A stretch of 64,000 nt of DNA, taken from sequence record MW021758.1, one strand, 5' to 3'. A model generated the notes under the pieces. That model worked only from the letters and a program-made list of their open reading frames with translations, did no database searches and had not been told where the DNA came from. This document shows, in pieces, positions 27,690-36,946 of this stretch (position 1 is its first letter; each line of letters opens with the position of its first letter). Made by a program: the position numbers and the translations under genes.

Positions 27690-28268
27690 TTACCAGATGA
27701 AGATGTAGTGTTCGTTCTCGATATCGGAGATACCGGCCATAGCGGCACCAACTGCCTCTTGAAGACATCCCAGGAAGACCATTGGGTGTTTGCCTGGATT
27801 GTTACAGGCACGCTTCACACCCCTTCTGAAGTCGTCTACAGTACACATGTCATGAATGACGTGGAACGTTGCCAACTTAAATTGTTCTGGAGAAAGCATT
27901 GATTTCAACTTAGCGATCTCAGAGCTGTAACCAACGATGATAGTACGTTTGCTGTACTGGAGTAAGTCAACTGTCCTTTCCAGACTAAGGTCGGTATCAT
28001 GGCTATAGTTGTAAGTAGTTACAACAAATGCATCCTCTACAACCGGACAGCATTCGCCATGAACCATACCATCAATTATCGGACCTGCCGATGAATAGCT
28101 GCCATCATCGTTTATCGTGACACGGAACTCGACTCCGTCGATAACATCGCCGTTATTTATTTTTACCCCGGTGCGAGTATGGTGAGGAATACCATAACGC
28201 CAGTGCAGGTAAAAGTTGTTAGTGCCACGATGAATTGGTTTAGGGTGGAGCTTGGTTTTGTCAAACAT
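27690..28268 (-). CDS. hypothetical protein
   Basis: AAGGA RBS. Confidence 0.7.
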   Translation of the reverse strand: MFDKTKLHPKPIHRGTNNFYLHWRYGIPHHTRTGVKINNGDVIDGVEFRVTINDDGSYSSAGPIIDGMVHGECCPVVEDAFVVTTYNYSHDTDLSLERTVDLLQYSKRTIIVGYSSEIAKLKSMLSPEQFKLATFHVIHDMCTVDDFRRGVKRACNNPGKHPMVFLGCLQEAVGAAMAGISDIENEHYIFIW

Positions 28269-28316
28269 TATGGTATTCCTTATAAGTTATTCAGGTTTCT
28301 TAGATTTAACTAGGGT

Positions 28317-29198
28317 TTATAATTTATCTTTTAAGCGATAAATATATTTCCAGTCTACATTAGGGTATTTCTTTTCAAACTCAGGTATGAATTGGGTCAG
28401 GTAATCTGATCGATGCTCTCTGAAAGTAAAACCCTTTTCAATAAGTGAAAAAATAGAGAGTTCATCAATACCAAAACGACGGATAAGTTCGCACAACTTA
28501 TCCTCCCCGTCTGAAGTAAGCCAGCCTGGAGCAGATCCCCCATGTTCCTCCCATCCTAAGTCCCCTAACGAATGAAATACCCAGTAATAAACACCGTCAG
28601 AAAGATTCATTGGATCCGAACCTTGGCGCTGCTCATAGGTTTTCGACCAACTATCGTTAGGTAATTCCATGTTACGAATGATCCCAGGAACTACCAACGC
28701 ACGGAGTAAGAAGTAGTCGATTTTGTCCTGAACATTCTCGAACGAATCGGCTTTACTGACTACGTGCGTAATCACAGGAGTAGGTTCCTGGTCTTCTTCA
28801 TCTACGGTCTGATCATAATGCGCTCGGATGATCAGAACTAACAACTTACCAAACGGGGTTAATTTTAATTTATCATCAAGTGCTTTATGCCGAATTGCAG
28901 TTTGGATAAAGTATTCCAACCCGCCAGCGTAACCAATGTAATCGATCGTTTCCTGATCGCTATCGATTGAGACTATTTGATCTACCCAAAATCGGTCCAC
29001 CTCATCAGGCAGACCGCAGCCGCAAAACCCCAAGCGTTCAAATGCTAAGTAGTCGCGTACAGAACCTAATTCTGTTTCCACGCCATTGAGTACGATTAAT
29101 GAATCTTCCCCCATGGCTTCAGTAATTGACAACTCTGGGGTTTCCCAAAGCGGAATTAAAACATCCGGGGTACCGTAATTAACTTTAATACTTTCCAC
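28317..29198 (-). CDS. hypothetical protein with FCGCG and EHG...WLT motifs
   Basis: LGFCGCGLP and WEEHGGSAPGWLT motifs; function unknown. Confidence 0.7.
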   Translation of the reverse strand: MESIKVNYGTPDVLIPLWETPELSITEAMGEDSLIVLNGVETELGSVRDYLAFERLGFCGCGLPDEVDRFWVDQIVSIDSDQETIDYIGYAGGLEYFIQTAIRHKALDDKLKLTPFGKLLVLIIRAHYDQTVDEEDQEPTPVITHVVSKADSFENVQDKIDYFLLRALVVPGIIRNMELPNDSWSKTYEQRQGSDPMNLSDGVYYWVFHSLGDLGWEEHGGSAPGWLTSDGEDKLCELIRRFGIDELSIFSLIEKGFTFREHRSDYLTQFIPEFEKKYPNVDWKYIYRLKDKL

Positions 29199-29207
29199 TC
29201 CATTTCC

Positions 29208-29615
29208 TTACTTGTTAGGGTTATGGCGACCGATATATTCGCCGTACCAATACCCGTCATCTTTCAAAGATAGTTTGTAATAAAACGACCGACACCACCC
29301 ACGATACCCGTAATGACTTTCCGGGTAGCGAGTGTGTTTACCGTTAATATCACGAGATATCTTAGACGGGATGTAGAAGTTGCCACCGGCTTTAATCCTC
29401 GTGAGTAGACCCGTCCCTAACTTGAAACGAAACTCGTTAGTCCACTCGTCGAAATAGAAATTAATGCTATCAAACTCTTCTTCAAACGACGCCAAGAATT
29501 CAGGGGATAACATACAGGTCCCCTGTTTAGCGCTGATACGGAGGAACGGTACTGGTTCTTTCCGTTCCTTTTTGACCGGTGGTGACTTTACCTTCACGAC
29601 GTTAACAAAAGCCAT
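29208..29615 (-). CDS. hypothetical protein
   Basis: ORF track. Confidence 0.65.
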   Translation of the reverse strand: MAFVNVVKVKSPPVKKERKEPVPFLRISAKQGTCMLSPEFLASFEEEFDSINFYFDEWTNEFRFKLGTGLLTRIKAGGNFYIPSKISRDINGKHTRYPESHYGYRGWCRSFYYKLSLKDDGYWYGEYIGRHNPNK

Positions 29616-29886
29616 TTGTCATCCCCGTATCCATGTATTTGCCCATGACTACGACGTCAGCGTTACGACCGTATTGTTTAACCGCACTACGCGTTTTCGT
29701 CTTAGCCTTATAACCGGTCTTCAGACGCTCGTAGAGCGATTTAAGTTGACGGACAGACATTCGGTCCAGTTTACGTTTTGGAACGCCCCAGTCCATTACC
29801 AGGTGCTCTACGTAGATATCCCGAGTATTAGACTTGTAGTCTTTGAACTCGAAGGATACGGAGAAAGTGTTGCTATAAGTTGCCAT
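29602..29886 (-). CDS. hypothetical protein
   Basis: coupled ORF. Confidence 0.6.
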   Translation of the reverse strand: MATYSNTFSVSFEFKDYKSNTRDIYVEHLVMDWGVPKRKLDRMSVRQLKSLYERLKTGYKAKTKTRSAVKQYGRNADVVVMGKYMDTGMTNGFC

Positions 29887-29894
29887 TCTTTACC

Positions 29895-30377
29895 TCAACG
29901 GAATCCGGTGATTTTCAACAGAGCCGATACCGGTAACTCGGAAACATCCTGAGTGGAATCTAATCCGAGATAGTTATTAACGACTGCAGTAGGAGTACGC
30001 TCGACTTTGACGTTTACGATACCGCGTTGTAACCCCACCGATACCCTTACTGCAATCTGCCCGTATTTCAGAGTTTGGACAGTGATACGTTGCGTATGGA
30101 TACCAGAGGCGTGAGTAACTGAGTTAAACACGACAGGAACCATGGCACCTAAAGAGTGCCCGTCTACGATAATGTTATCGATGACGATCTCTTCAAGTTC
30201 TCTAAAGTTGGTTAAACGGAATAGCTTATGGACGCAATTAGGAGCGACCATGATGGCTACTGTATCTTTTGTCCCAGGTGGAATCGTGTCAACTAATTCC
30301 CGAACAGCGGTAATTTTATCGCTATCCGACATAGTGGAGTTAGTCAGAACCTGTAAGATCTGTTTCTTAATACTCAT
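29895..30377 (-). CDS. hypothetical protein
   Basis: coupled ORF. Confidence 0.7.
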   Translation of the reverse strand: MSIKKQILQVLTNSTMSDSDKITAVRELVDTIPPGTKDTVAIMVAPNCVHKLFRLTNFRELEEIVIDNIIVDGHSLGAMVPVVFNSVTHASGIHTQRITVQTLKYGQIAVRVSVGLQRGIVNVKVERTPTAVVNNYLGLDSTQDVSELPVSALLKITGFR

Positions 30378-30853
30378 GATCCAGTATACGCCTCTAACTT
30401 CATGATGATAGATTGGATGTTGGAGATAAACAGCTCTTTCGCCATTTTGTTCTGTTCAACATCATTGCCCATTACAGTACCGCGAATGGTGAAGGTTGGG
30501 ATGGTGAACTCCAACATATCTTCAGTCATGATGTAATCTTCATCCTCATGCCAAGGAGCCACCATCAGACCGTATTCGAACTTGAGAATACCAGAGACGA
30601 AGATCTCGTCCATGATCTCATCGGCGTATCGACCAGGTGCATCTCCGTTCTTCACGCCAAAGGTAATGTAGGGCTGACTCCCTGGGCGGTCAGGGTGGCC
30701 GATGCATGACCACAACGGAATTACCTGAGGGATGTTATTAAGCTCTTCCAGTAGTTCCGGTAACCCGGCGTCAGCACCTTTAAACCCCTCTTTCTTCCAC
30801 TTACGGAAACGTTCAATCGCCAGAGAATATTCGTGATGTTTCAAACCTTTCAT
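30374..30853 (-). CDS. hypothetical protein with LN.I...SC.GH motif (weakly TYW3-like)
   Basis: LNNIPQVIPLWSCIGHP...YITF. Confidence 0.55.
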   Translation of the reverse strand: MKGLKHHEYSLAIERFRKWKKEGFKGADAGLPELLEELNNIPQVIPLWSCIGHPDRPGSQPYITFGVKNGDAPGRYADEIMDEIFVSGILKFEYGLMVAPWHEDEDYIMTEDMLEFTIPTFTIRGTVMGNDVEQNKMAKELFISNIQSIIMKLEAYTGS

Positions 30854-31203
30854 TACTGGGTACTCCGATCAATGAGGACGCGATCTACGCTGCGATGGAA
30901 ACGAATAGGTGCAACGATAGAACCGTCGTGACTAATGAGCATCCCCTGGACGTAGCTTTCATCAGCCCAGGAGATATAAACGGGAACGACAATGGAAGTA
31001 GGCTCCAATGGTTTTATTTTGTCGTTGAATGCAATTGCAGCTGCGTAGACTTCGCGATTACTAGTGCAGCCTGAGCCTGGATTGTAGACGAACAACCAAT
31101 TCTCTTGGTCTTCTTCTTTGTTATCCATAGCGAGCAGGATACGATCCCCTTCCTTTACAGACATCAGTCCATCTTCAATCTTAGTTACATCAGTAGTTTT
31201 CAT
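30853..31203 (-). CDS. hypothetical protein
   Basis: coupled ORF. Confidence 0.7.
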   Translation of the reverse strand: MKTTDVTKIEDGLMSVKEGDRILLAMDNKEEDQENWLFVYNPGSGCTSNREVYAAAIAFNDKIKPLEPTSIVVPVYISWADESYVQGMLISHDGSIVAPIRFHRSVDRVLIDRSTQ

Positions 31204-31255
31204 TCTTCAACTCCCCTTACTTTAATCAAAAAGAAATCACTAGAGCGTAAAATAA

Positions 31256-31279
31256 GCGAGAGGGAATTAACCCTCTCGC
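31256..31279 (-). terminator. Rho-independent terminator
   Basis: gcgagaggg-aattaa-ccctctcgc. Confidence 0.7.
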
Positions 31280-31285
31280 CTGTGT

Positions 31286-31525
31286 TTACGAATTGTACTT
31301 GAGATCAACTGCTTCCTTCAGACCAGTAGCTTCTGCACCCAGCGCTTTACGTTTGACAGCACAGATAGCTTCCAGTTCTTCCAGATTGAAATACCCGTCC
31401 AACTGAACTTGCGTGCTGTCGCCGTCAAGGTAGTTGATCCACTCACTAGTGCCGTCAATGAGTTCATGAGCGGTTTCGAGGATACGTTGTTCCTCTTCTT
31501 CCTTGGTAATAACTTTCAGACCCAT
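31286..31525 (-). CDS. hypothetical protein
   Basis: AGGAG RBS. Confidence 0.7.
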   Translation of the reverse strand: MGLKVITKEEEEQRILETAHELIDGTSEWINYLDGDSTQVQLDGYFNLEELEAICAVKRKALGAEATGLKEAVDLKYNS

Positions 31526-31529
31526 CGGA

Positions 31530-31919
31530 TTACTCCTGGATACGGTAAATTGAAATGTGGCTATTGATTTTCGGCAAATCAGCGTATTTCCAAATTACCG
31601 GATGGAAGGTAGCGAAACGCTTCTGTTCCATGACAACGTACATGTTACTACCACGGATACCGCATAAACGTTCCTCTAAGGCGAGAGGTATCGTTCCAAG
31701 TGCCACGTGGATCAGACGCTTCATCATTTCTTCGCAGCCCGTACAAGAGCTAATGAAGGCCTTAACTTCGATGAAGATCTTTTCACTGGAAACCAGGATA
31801 GTATCGCCCTTATTGCGATTCAACGCCTTAAGGATATCCAGGGAAGTTTTGAACGCCACTGCCTCAATATCAGCGAAGTTAGCTATTTCGCTGGTGTGTT
31901 TGACTTTCTTAACAGCCAT
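31530..31919 (-). CDS. hypothetical protein
   Basis: GGAG RBS. Confidence 0.7.
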   Translation of the reverse strand: MAVKKVKHTSEIANFADIEAVAFKTSLDILKALNRNKGDTILVSSEKIFIEVKAFISSCTGCEEMMKRLIHVALGTIPLALEERLCGIRGSNMYVVMEQKRFATFHPVIWKYADLPKINSHISIYRIQE

Positions 31920-31932
31920 CGTGTAGCTCCAG

Positions 31933-32256
31933 TTAGGCTGACAGCAGGTTTTTCGGAGAGAGCTTGTAAGACTGAGTAACAGGCTCAGCGCTACCGATCA
32001 ATACCGGACGGATTGTGATACTGTCCTGCGTTTTAGCATGGACTTCATGCGCCGAGAACTTAACGCCTTTCCGGTTGAACGGGTCGTGCGTTTTGTTGTC
32101 AGCAATAGCCAACAGATCCAGGTCAGACTCTTTGCGAGTAGAGTCGGTAAAGAAAGCGCGGTATTCGCCATTGTTCTCTACGGAGAGGATAAAGCGATCA
32201 CCAGTTTTCAGACCTTTGAAGCCCTTCGGAACAGGGATCAGTTTTACACCTTTCAT
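31933..32256 (-). CDS. hypothetical protein
   Basis: GAGG RBS. Confidence 0.7.
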   Translation of the reverse strand: MKGVKLIPVPKGFKGLKTGDRFILSVENNGEYRAFFTDSTRKESDLDLLAIADNKTHDPFNRKGVKFSAHEVHAKTQDSITIRPVLIGSAEPVTQSYKLSPKNLLSA

Positions 32257-32285
32257 TTAAAAGCCTCTTAATTCAGAAAGATTGG

Positions 32286-32636
32286 TTAGATGATAAATGC
32301 GACCAAGAACAAAGAGATCGCTACCATGAAACCGTTGATGTAGAATAACTTGAAGTTCGGGAAACCAGACTTATCCCGGACGAGGTAGTAGAAGAAGATT
32401 GCCAGAATCCACCATGGACTAAACAGATGTTTGCGGCGGATAGCTCTTCGTAACTCCCAATAATCGATTCCCTGCGTGAACACAGCGGCCACGAGGAAGA
32501 ACCCTAGGGCAAACCAGAAGTTGCCCGTTAAAACAACGTAGAACGGAAACAGGAGCGGCATAACGATTGCCATGAACAACGCCTGCACCGTATCTACGTG
32601 TAACTCACGACTCGAGTTCAGGAGTACTTTGCTCAT
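32286..32636 (-). CDS. small multi-TM membrane protein
   Basis: four hydrophobic segments. Confidence 0.7.
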   Translation of the reverse strand: MSKVLLNSSRELHVDTVQALFMAIVMPLLFPFYVVLTGNFWFALGFFLVAAVFTQGIDYWELRRAIRRKHLFSPWWILAIFFYYLVRDKSGFPNFKLFYINGFMVAISLFLVAFII

Positions 32637-32754
32637 TCTTCTTCACCTTACGTTTAGATGCCCAGTTAACAACGTAGTGAGTGCCGCGAATGGCCAACGT
32701 ACTTGCGACTTTAATGACGACGGCCTTACCCATCGATATCAGAAACTTTTCCAT
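32605..32754 (-). CDS. 49-aa hypothetical peptide
   Basis: manual translation MEKFLISMGKAVVIKVASTLAIRGTHYVVNWASKRKVKKNEQSTPELES; AAGGA RBS. Confidence 0.5.
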   Translation of the reverse strand: MEKFLISMGKAVVIKVASTLAIRGTHYVVNWASKRKVKKNEQSTPELES

Positions 32755-32857
32755 CTTTCTTTTCCTTAGACGAAATCTTTTGTACCCCGCCGATTACCAT
32801 ATTGGCGAGAATTGAGAAGAATACAATTTTTGAAACTAATTCCAATAGTGGCCCCAT
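32726..32857 (-). CDS. 43-aa single-TM peptide
   Basis: manual translation MGPLLELVSKIVFFSILANMVIGGVQKISSKEKKDGKVSDIDG; strong GGAGG RBS. Confidence 0.6.
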   Translation of the reverse strand: MGPLLELVSKIVFFSILANMVIGGVQKISSKEKKDGKVSDIDG

Positions 32858-32935
32858 TTGGAACCTCCTGGGTTAGTTGAGGGATTTAACGAACTTGACA
32901 ATACCCGAAATACCTTCTGAGTTATTCAGAGTATG

Positions 32936-33340
32936 TCATACGCCATGTTCGTCGAAACGAATTTGTAGCGCAATGATCGGGTAGCGATTACCGCCGTTAT
33001 CTTCCAGAACGACACGCATTTCTTTAATGGTGTCGCTCTTATTACTGGCAATTTTAAGCGGGATTGCCAGGCCGTTGAAATAATCCTGACGAAGATGTTT
33101 TACTCGGCGATCGATGTACCAAGGGTCGACAGGAACCTTGTAAACCATTTTGGCTTTACGGGACTTATCCGTGTAGTCGTTAAGGATAATGTCCGGAGTT
33201 CCGCCGATCGCGTACGATAAGTTCTTAAGTTCCGCACAGGGGAACACGAAGACTCCCAAAGTGCTGGCGAGAGATTGCCCTAGAACTGAGTCACCGAAAC
33301 TAAAGTGATTTCCCTCGCCATTTACTTCGAAACTGACCAT
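32936..33340 (-). CDS. hypothetical protein
   Basis: ORF track. Confidence 0.6.
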   Translation of the reverse strand: MVSFEVNGEGNHFSFGDSVLGQSLASTLGVFVFPCAELKNLSYAIGGTPDIILNDYTDKSRKAKMVYKVPVDPWYIDRRVKHLRQDYFNGLAIPLKIASNKSDTIKEMRVVLEDNGGNRYPIIALQIRFDEHGV

Positions 33341-33355
33341 ATGTCTTTATCCTTA

Positions 33356-33826
33356 TTAGTAAAGGTTTTCGGAGAACAGCTCGCCTTCGCTAGATACGCG
33401 GTTGCGAATCTGACCGGCATGTAATGCGATGGTCCAAGCTTCTTCACGAGTCCAGTAATTACGGAACTGGTCGATGAACCCCTGGTTGTCGCCATAGGCA
33501 TGACCAAGATCCAAACCCAACTCCCGATAACGTTCTACGTGTTCAACCATCAACGGATCGTAATGCCGAGCCGATGCAATGACGATCACTTCACCATTTT
33601 CCGGATAGAAGCGGTTAGCGGCGGAAACGATTCTGCGCTGATGGACACCGGAGTACCCTTCGTACTCTATACGCTGGATACAGACTTCAGGAAGATGGGC
33701 TAATTTACATAACCCCTTATCCAGATTTTCCTTTTCCTTATTCTCCATGGCTCGTTTACCAAAGTCAATCGAGTACTGAAGAGATTCCTCAATTGTAGGG
33801 AACTCAAGTCCAACTTGTTCTTTCAT
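33356..33826 (-). CDS. conserved hypothetical phage protein
   Basis: IVSAANR...ARHYD...QGFIDQ...TREEA...A...GQI pattern recalled as common in phages. Confidence 0.7.
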   Translation of the reverse strand: MKEQVGLEFPTIEESLQYSIDFGKRAMENKEKENLDKGLCKLAHLPEVCIQRIEYEGYSGVHQRRIVSAANRFYPENGEVIVIASARHYDPLMVEHVERYRELGLDLGHAYGDNQGFIDQFRNYWTREEAWTIALHAGQIRNRVSSEGELFSENLY

Positions 33827-34308
33827 TCCTTTCCGCCTTTAATAACAGAGAATGGATTTGGACGCTCTTTGCGCTCGATACTACGCCCCATAGGGACATA
33901 GTTATTGATCTTACTGAGCTCGGAGGTCGGCACAGTTTCGCTTTTATCCAACGCGCCCAACTCGGTGGCGGGTTCGTTATCGACCCATTGAACCGGATGA
34001 GGTAACGGGAGAATACCTAGCTCCGGGTTATTCGGCGCAGCCATGAATGCGATATGATTCCAACTAAGGAAGTCGGTCAGAGGAACACCGCCGAAGCTGG
34101 CCTTGAAATTGATCCCGGTAGCTTCCACGCGCATCTCGGGGCAAGCACGGCCGGAGATGTTCAGTACCAGGTAGTCTTTATTGACATACGGTAACAAACG
34201 AGGGTTTTTGATCCCCTCTTTCATAACGAACATGTGAACACGGCCATCGCCGTTTTCTGACAGGTAAGAGTAATAAGCGTTGAAGACATATTGGTTAACA
34301 CAGATCAT
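33823..34308 (-). CDS. sspB: SspB-like ClpXP adaptor
   Basis: Y...AYY..L.EN, LVLNISGRAC, I.FKASFGGVP...W..I core; C-terminal RPNPFSVIK resembles the ClpX-binding tail. Confidence 0.8.
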   Translation of the reverse strand: MICVNQYVFNAYYSYLSENGDGRVHMFVMKEGIKNPRLLPYVNKDYLVLNISGRACPEMRVEATGINFKASFGGVPLTDFLSWNHIAFMAAPNNPELGILPLPHPVQWVDNEPATELGALDKSETVPTSELSKINNYVPMGRSIERKERPNPFSVIKGGKE

Positions 34309-34323
34309 GACGGTTCCTTCTAA

Positions 34324-34728
34324 TTAAAGGCTGTTGAATTTACGGGCATCGAAGTAGAATTTAATCTGCTGCCACCAACTACCTTGGTTAGTGTTAATGG
34401 CGGCTTCGTAACGTACCCAGGCGGCGTTAGCATCGCGACGAATATGGCGACTATAAGTGACCAATGCGATTCTGTTCGGATCTTTCTTAATGGCGAGTAG
34501 AACCAACTCGTACAGGAAGACTTTGGACAGATACGCAATACGGCGAGCACGGATTTTATTTTTTGGGTTAGTGAATTCCTTTTCACCGAAATGAGACCAG
34601 GTAAAGCGAGACAGCTTTCCTTCTAATAAATGAAGGTAGTCTTCTCGATCTTTGTTGTCATTCAGACAATTGAATTCGGCACGAGCTTGAGCCACTAAAC
34701 CAGAGAAGCTACTTTTCATTAATTTCAT
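34324..34728 (-). CDS. hypothetical early protein
   Basis: first ORF after an early promoter. Confidence 0.7.
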   Translation of the reverse strand: MKLMKSSFSGLVAQARAEFNCLNDNKDREDYLHLLEGKLSRFTWSHFGEKEFTNPKNKIRARRIAYLSKVFLYELVLLAIKKDPNRIALVTYSRHIRRDANAAWVRYEAAINTNQGSWWQQIKFYFDARKFNSL

Positions 34729-34768
34729 CTATCGATTCCTTAAAAGTGGTTAATTAGGATTTGTATCC

Positions 34769-34788
34769 TATTCAAATAAGTAATATAG
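34769..34788 (-). promoter_or_regulatory. phiKZ-type early promoter
   Basis: minus CTATATTAC-N6-GAATA. Confidence 0.75.
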
Positions 34789-34791
34789 CTG

Positions 34792-35292
34792 TCAAATAGA
34801 TTCGAAATCGTACTCTGTCTTGAGAGTTTCCCAGAAACAGACTAGAGCGGAACCATTAGAAGCATCCTGAACTTTATACTCACCAATCCATGTGGGTACA
34901 CCGTTATCCCAAGTTGCTTTACCAAATACGTAATAGTGCGTAAACGGGAGCTTATTCTTTTTGAATGCTTCGAGCTGCCTAGGGTAGGCTTCAATCTTAG
35001 CCCGGTTCCCTTCGTGAATGACCTTGAGGAAATTGTCATCATGAACAGTGGCGTACTGCTGACCTTGTCGTTTGGCTTCGTAACCCCAAAGTCCTCTTAG
35101 TTCTTCGTGTTGGTATCCCGTCTTTGCAAAATACCAAAGTGCTTCCATGGATTCGAACCGTCCCAGAGTAGGGTGTTCGAAAGGGGTTCTGCTGAAATGG
35201 GACAGGAACTTCCCGAGCATACATCTGGACTTGGAGTAGATGTTGATGTGGGTGATTCCGTCTTGGTTGGGGTCGAGAATAATGTCTGCCAT
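34792..35292 (-). CDS. NADAR-superfamily protein (T4 gp30.3-like)
   Basis: LSHFSRTPF..GRFESMEALW..AK..LRGLWGYEAKRQG parallels the recalled T4 gp30.3 LSNF..PF..F..LEGF..K..GLSG.AA..G pattern. Confidence 0.6.
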   Translation of the reverse strand: MADIILDPNQDGITHINIYSKSRCMLGKFLSHFSRTPFEHPTLGRFESMEALWYFAKTGYQHEELRGLWGYEAKRQGQQYATVHDDNFLKVIHEGNRAKIEAYPRQLEAFKKNKLPFTHYYVFGKATWDNGVPTWIGEYKVQDASNGSALVCFWETLKTEYDFESI

Positions 35293-35675
35293 AATGGTTC
35301 CTTATTAGTGTCTCTTGGACGGAAGTCTGTAAAGTAAGCAATGGCGAATATAGCCGCCAGTGCAGCGAAGTACATCGAATGCCTCCTGTCACGCATAGCC
35401 GCTAGGCGTTGCTTCTCTTTTAACTTGTACTCGGAGTCATCTATACTTTCTAGGATAGCATTAACGTTTACCGAAGTTAGCCACTCAGCCTTAGCAATGG
35501 CTCCTTCCGATGTTCGGTGAACAACAAAGTTGGGGTTACCCATTTCATCAACGAGTTTACCGTTCATGGAGCGACAAAGGGGTAAATCATTTATCGTCAT
35601 AATTGACCCGTTTGCATTTACAACGACAAAACCTTTATCGTGAGGTTTAACGTAAAAGAATTTACCGCTGGGCAT
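35097..35675 (-). CDS. single-TM membrane protein with Ser/Thr/Pro-rich tail overlapping the next gene
   Basis: TM YFAALAAIFAIAYF; last 196 nt overlap 34792..35292. Confidence 0.55.
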   Translation of the reverse strand: MPSGKFFYVKPHDKGFVVVNANGSIMTINDLPLCRSMNGKLVDEMGNPNFVVHRTSEGAIAKAEWLTSVNVNAILESIDDSEYKLKEKQRLAAMRDRRHSMYFAALAAIFAIAYFTDFRPRDTNKEPLWQTLFSTPTKTESPTSTSTPSPDVCSGSSCPISAEPLSNTLLWDGSNPWKHFGILQRRDTNTKN

Positions 35676-35700
35676 TATAATACCTTCCGATGTAAAATAA

Positions 35701-35724
35701 GGTGAGAGGAATTACCCTCTCACC
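35701..35724 (-). terminator. Rho-independent terminator
   Basis: ggtgagagg-aattac-cctctcacc. Confidence 0.7.
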
Positions 35725-35737
35725 GCTATGACGCTTA

Positions 35738-36880
35738 TTAGCTACCGAATGTGGCGGAAAGAGGTTTCTTACCGTAGTGGCGAATGTAGATGTTGTAGAT
35801 GGTAGTTTCGTCCATCGTGTTCAGGAACATCTCCACAGCGTTGCCGGTATAGCCACGGACGATCTCTTTGAAATGGGCAACAGTATAGATCATCGAACGC
35901 TGGCGGATAGTGTTATCCAGAATGCGTTTCAGTTCTTCGTAGCCGCCCAGGTCAGTCTTGACAACGTCGTTCTTTTTGGCGTCGTACAGGTCCACGGTGT
36001 GTTTGACAACGATCGCGTCAATCAGATCCGCCTTACTCATGGTTGCCGGATCAACTACCTGATTGGTGTACGAACCCAGTTTACCGATTTGTTCCGCCTG
36101 TGGATGTTCAGGAGAGATCAGTTTCTTGGCAGCCTCTACCGCGTCTTTGTAGTGACGACTGTAGATGGCCTGGACGTGTTCGCCTGGCAGTTCTTTCAGC
36201 GCCATGCGGACTTCTACACCAGGGTATTTCGCGATCAGCTTTTTGAACTCTACCTGGATCTTACCTACCCAGCCTTCGCTCAGGAAATACTTGAACGTAG
36301 CGACCAGCTCACCGCGCGGCAGTGCCATTGCATCTTTCAATGCGTACGGGCCTTTCTTTACCAGGGCGTCGGAGTGAAAGTCAACGATAGCGTCGATCAC
36401 TTCTTCAACCGATTTGGTTGCTACGCCAGTGGAGCCGAAACCGCCTTCACCGCGCTCAGTAGTTTCACTGAACTCTTCCACTACTTTAAAGGTAGGACGA
36501 ACTACCGGTACGAACATCAGCTGAGCAATACGATCACCCGGCTGGATGCGGATTTGTTTGTCGGCGAAGTTACGGTTCCAGATAGGAGCCTGTACCTGGC
36601 CTTGGAAATCGGAGTCGATCAGACCCAGAGTGTTACCCAGGATCACGCCTTCTTTAGAACCCAGACCAGAACGTGGCATCAGGATTGCTGCGACTTCGGC
36701 GTCGTTCAGGTGGAATGCGATACCCAGAGGAATCATCTTGACTTCACCTGGGTTAATAACGATTTCGGTATCGACACACGCCAATACATCGATTGCTGCA
36801 GCACCGGAGGTTTTGTAGTCAGGGATTGCCCACTCGCTGGATTTATAACGCGGGTCGATCAGTTTGAGTTCTACGTTCAC
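35738..36880 (-). CDS. dut: trimeric dUTPase with duplicated C-terminal domain
   Basis: motifs AAIDV, MPRSGLG, GLIDSDFQG, DRIAQL, RGEGGFGSTG; start set at GTG 36880 (RBS AAGGA) because the track start crosses a terminator; about 230-aa extension. Confidence 0.9.
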   Translation of the reverse strand: MNVELKLIDPRYKSSEWAIPDYKTSGAAAIDVLACVDTEIVINPGEVKMIPLGIAFHLNDAEVAAILMPRSGLGSKEGVILGNTLGLIDSDFQGQVQAPIWNRNFADKQIRIQPGDRIAQLMFVPVVRPTFKVVEEFSETTERGEGGFGSTGVATKSVEEVIDAIVDFHSDALVKKGPYALKDAMALPRGELVATFKYFLSEGWVGKIQVEFKKLIAKYPGVEVRMALKELPGEHVQAIYSRHYKDAVEAAKKLISPEHPQAEQIGKLGSYTNQVVDPATMSKADLIDAIVVKHTVDLYDAKKNDVVKTDLGGYEELKRILDNTIRQRSMIYTVAHFKEIVRGYTGNAVEMFLNTMDETTIYNIYIRHYGKKPLSATFGS

Positions 36881-36946
36881 AGGTGTTTCCTTCAATGGGG
36901 TTAATTTGAGTACTTCTTCAAATAATTCCAAAGAGGCGTAAAAAAA

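Noticed and set aside
32895-32923. sigma70 promoter (TTGACA)
   Set aside because: No acceptable -10 at 16-18 nt spacing, and it faces away from the local genes.
35777-36904. 375-aa plus-strand ORF
   Set aside because: Antisense shadow of the dUTPase gene; no RBS or motif; the genome is coded on the minus strand.
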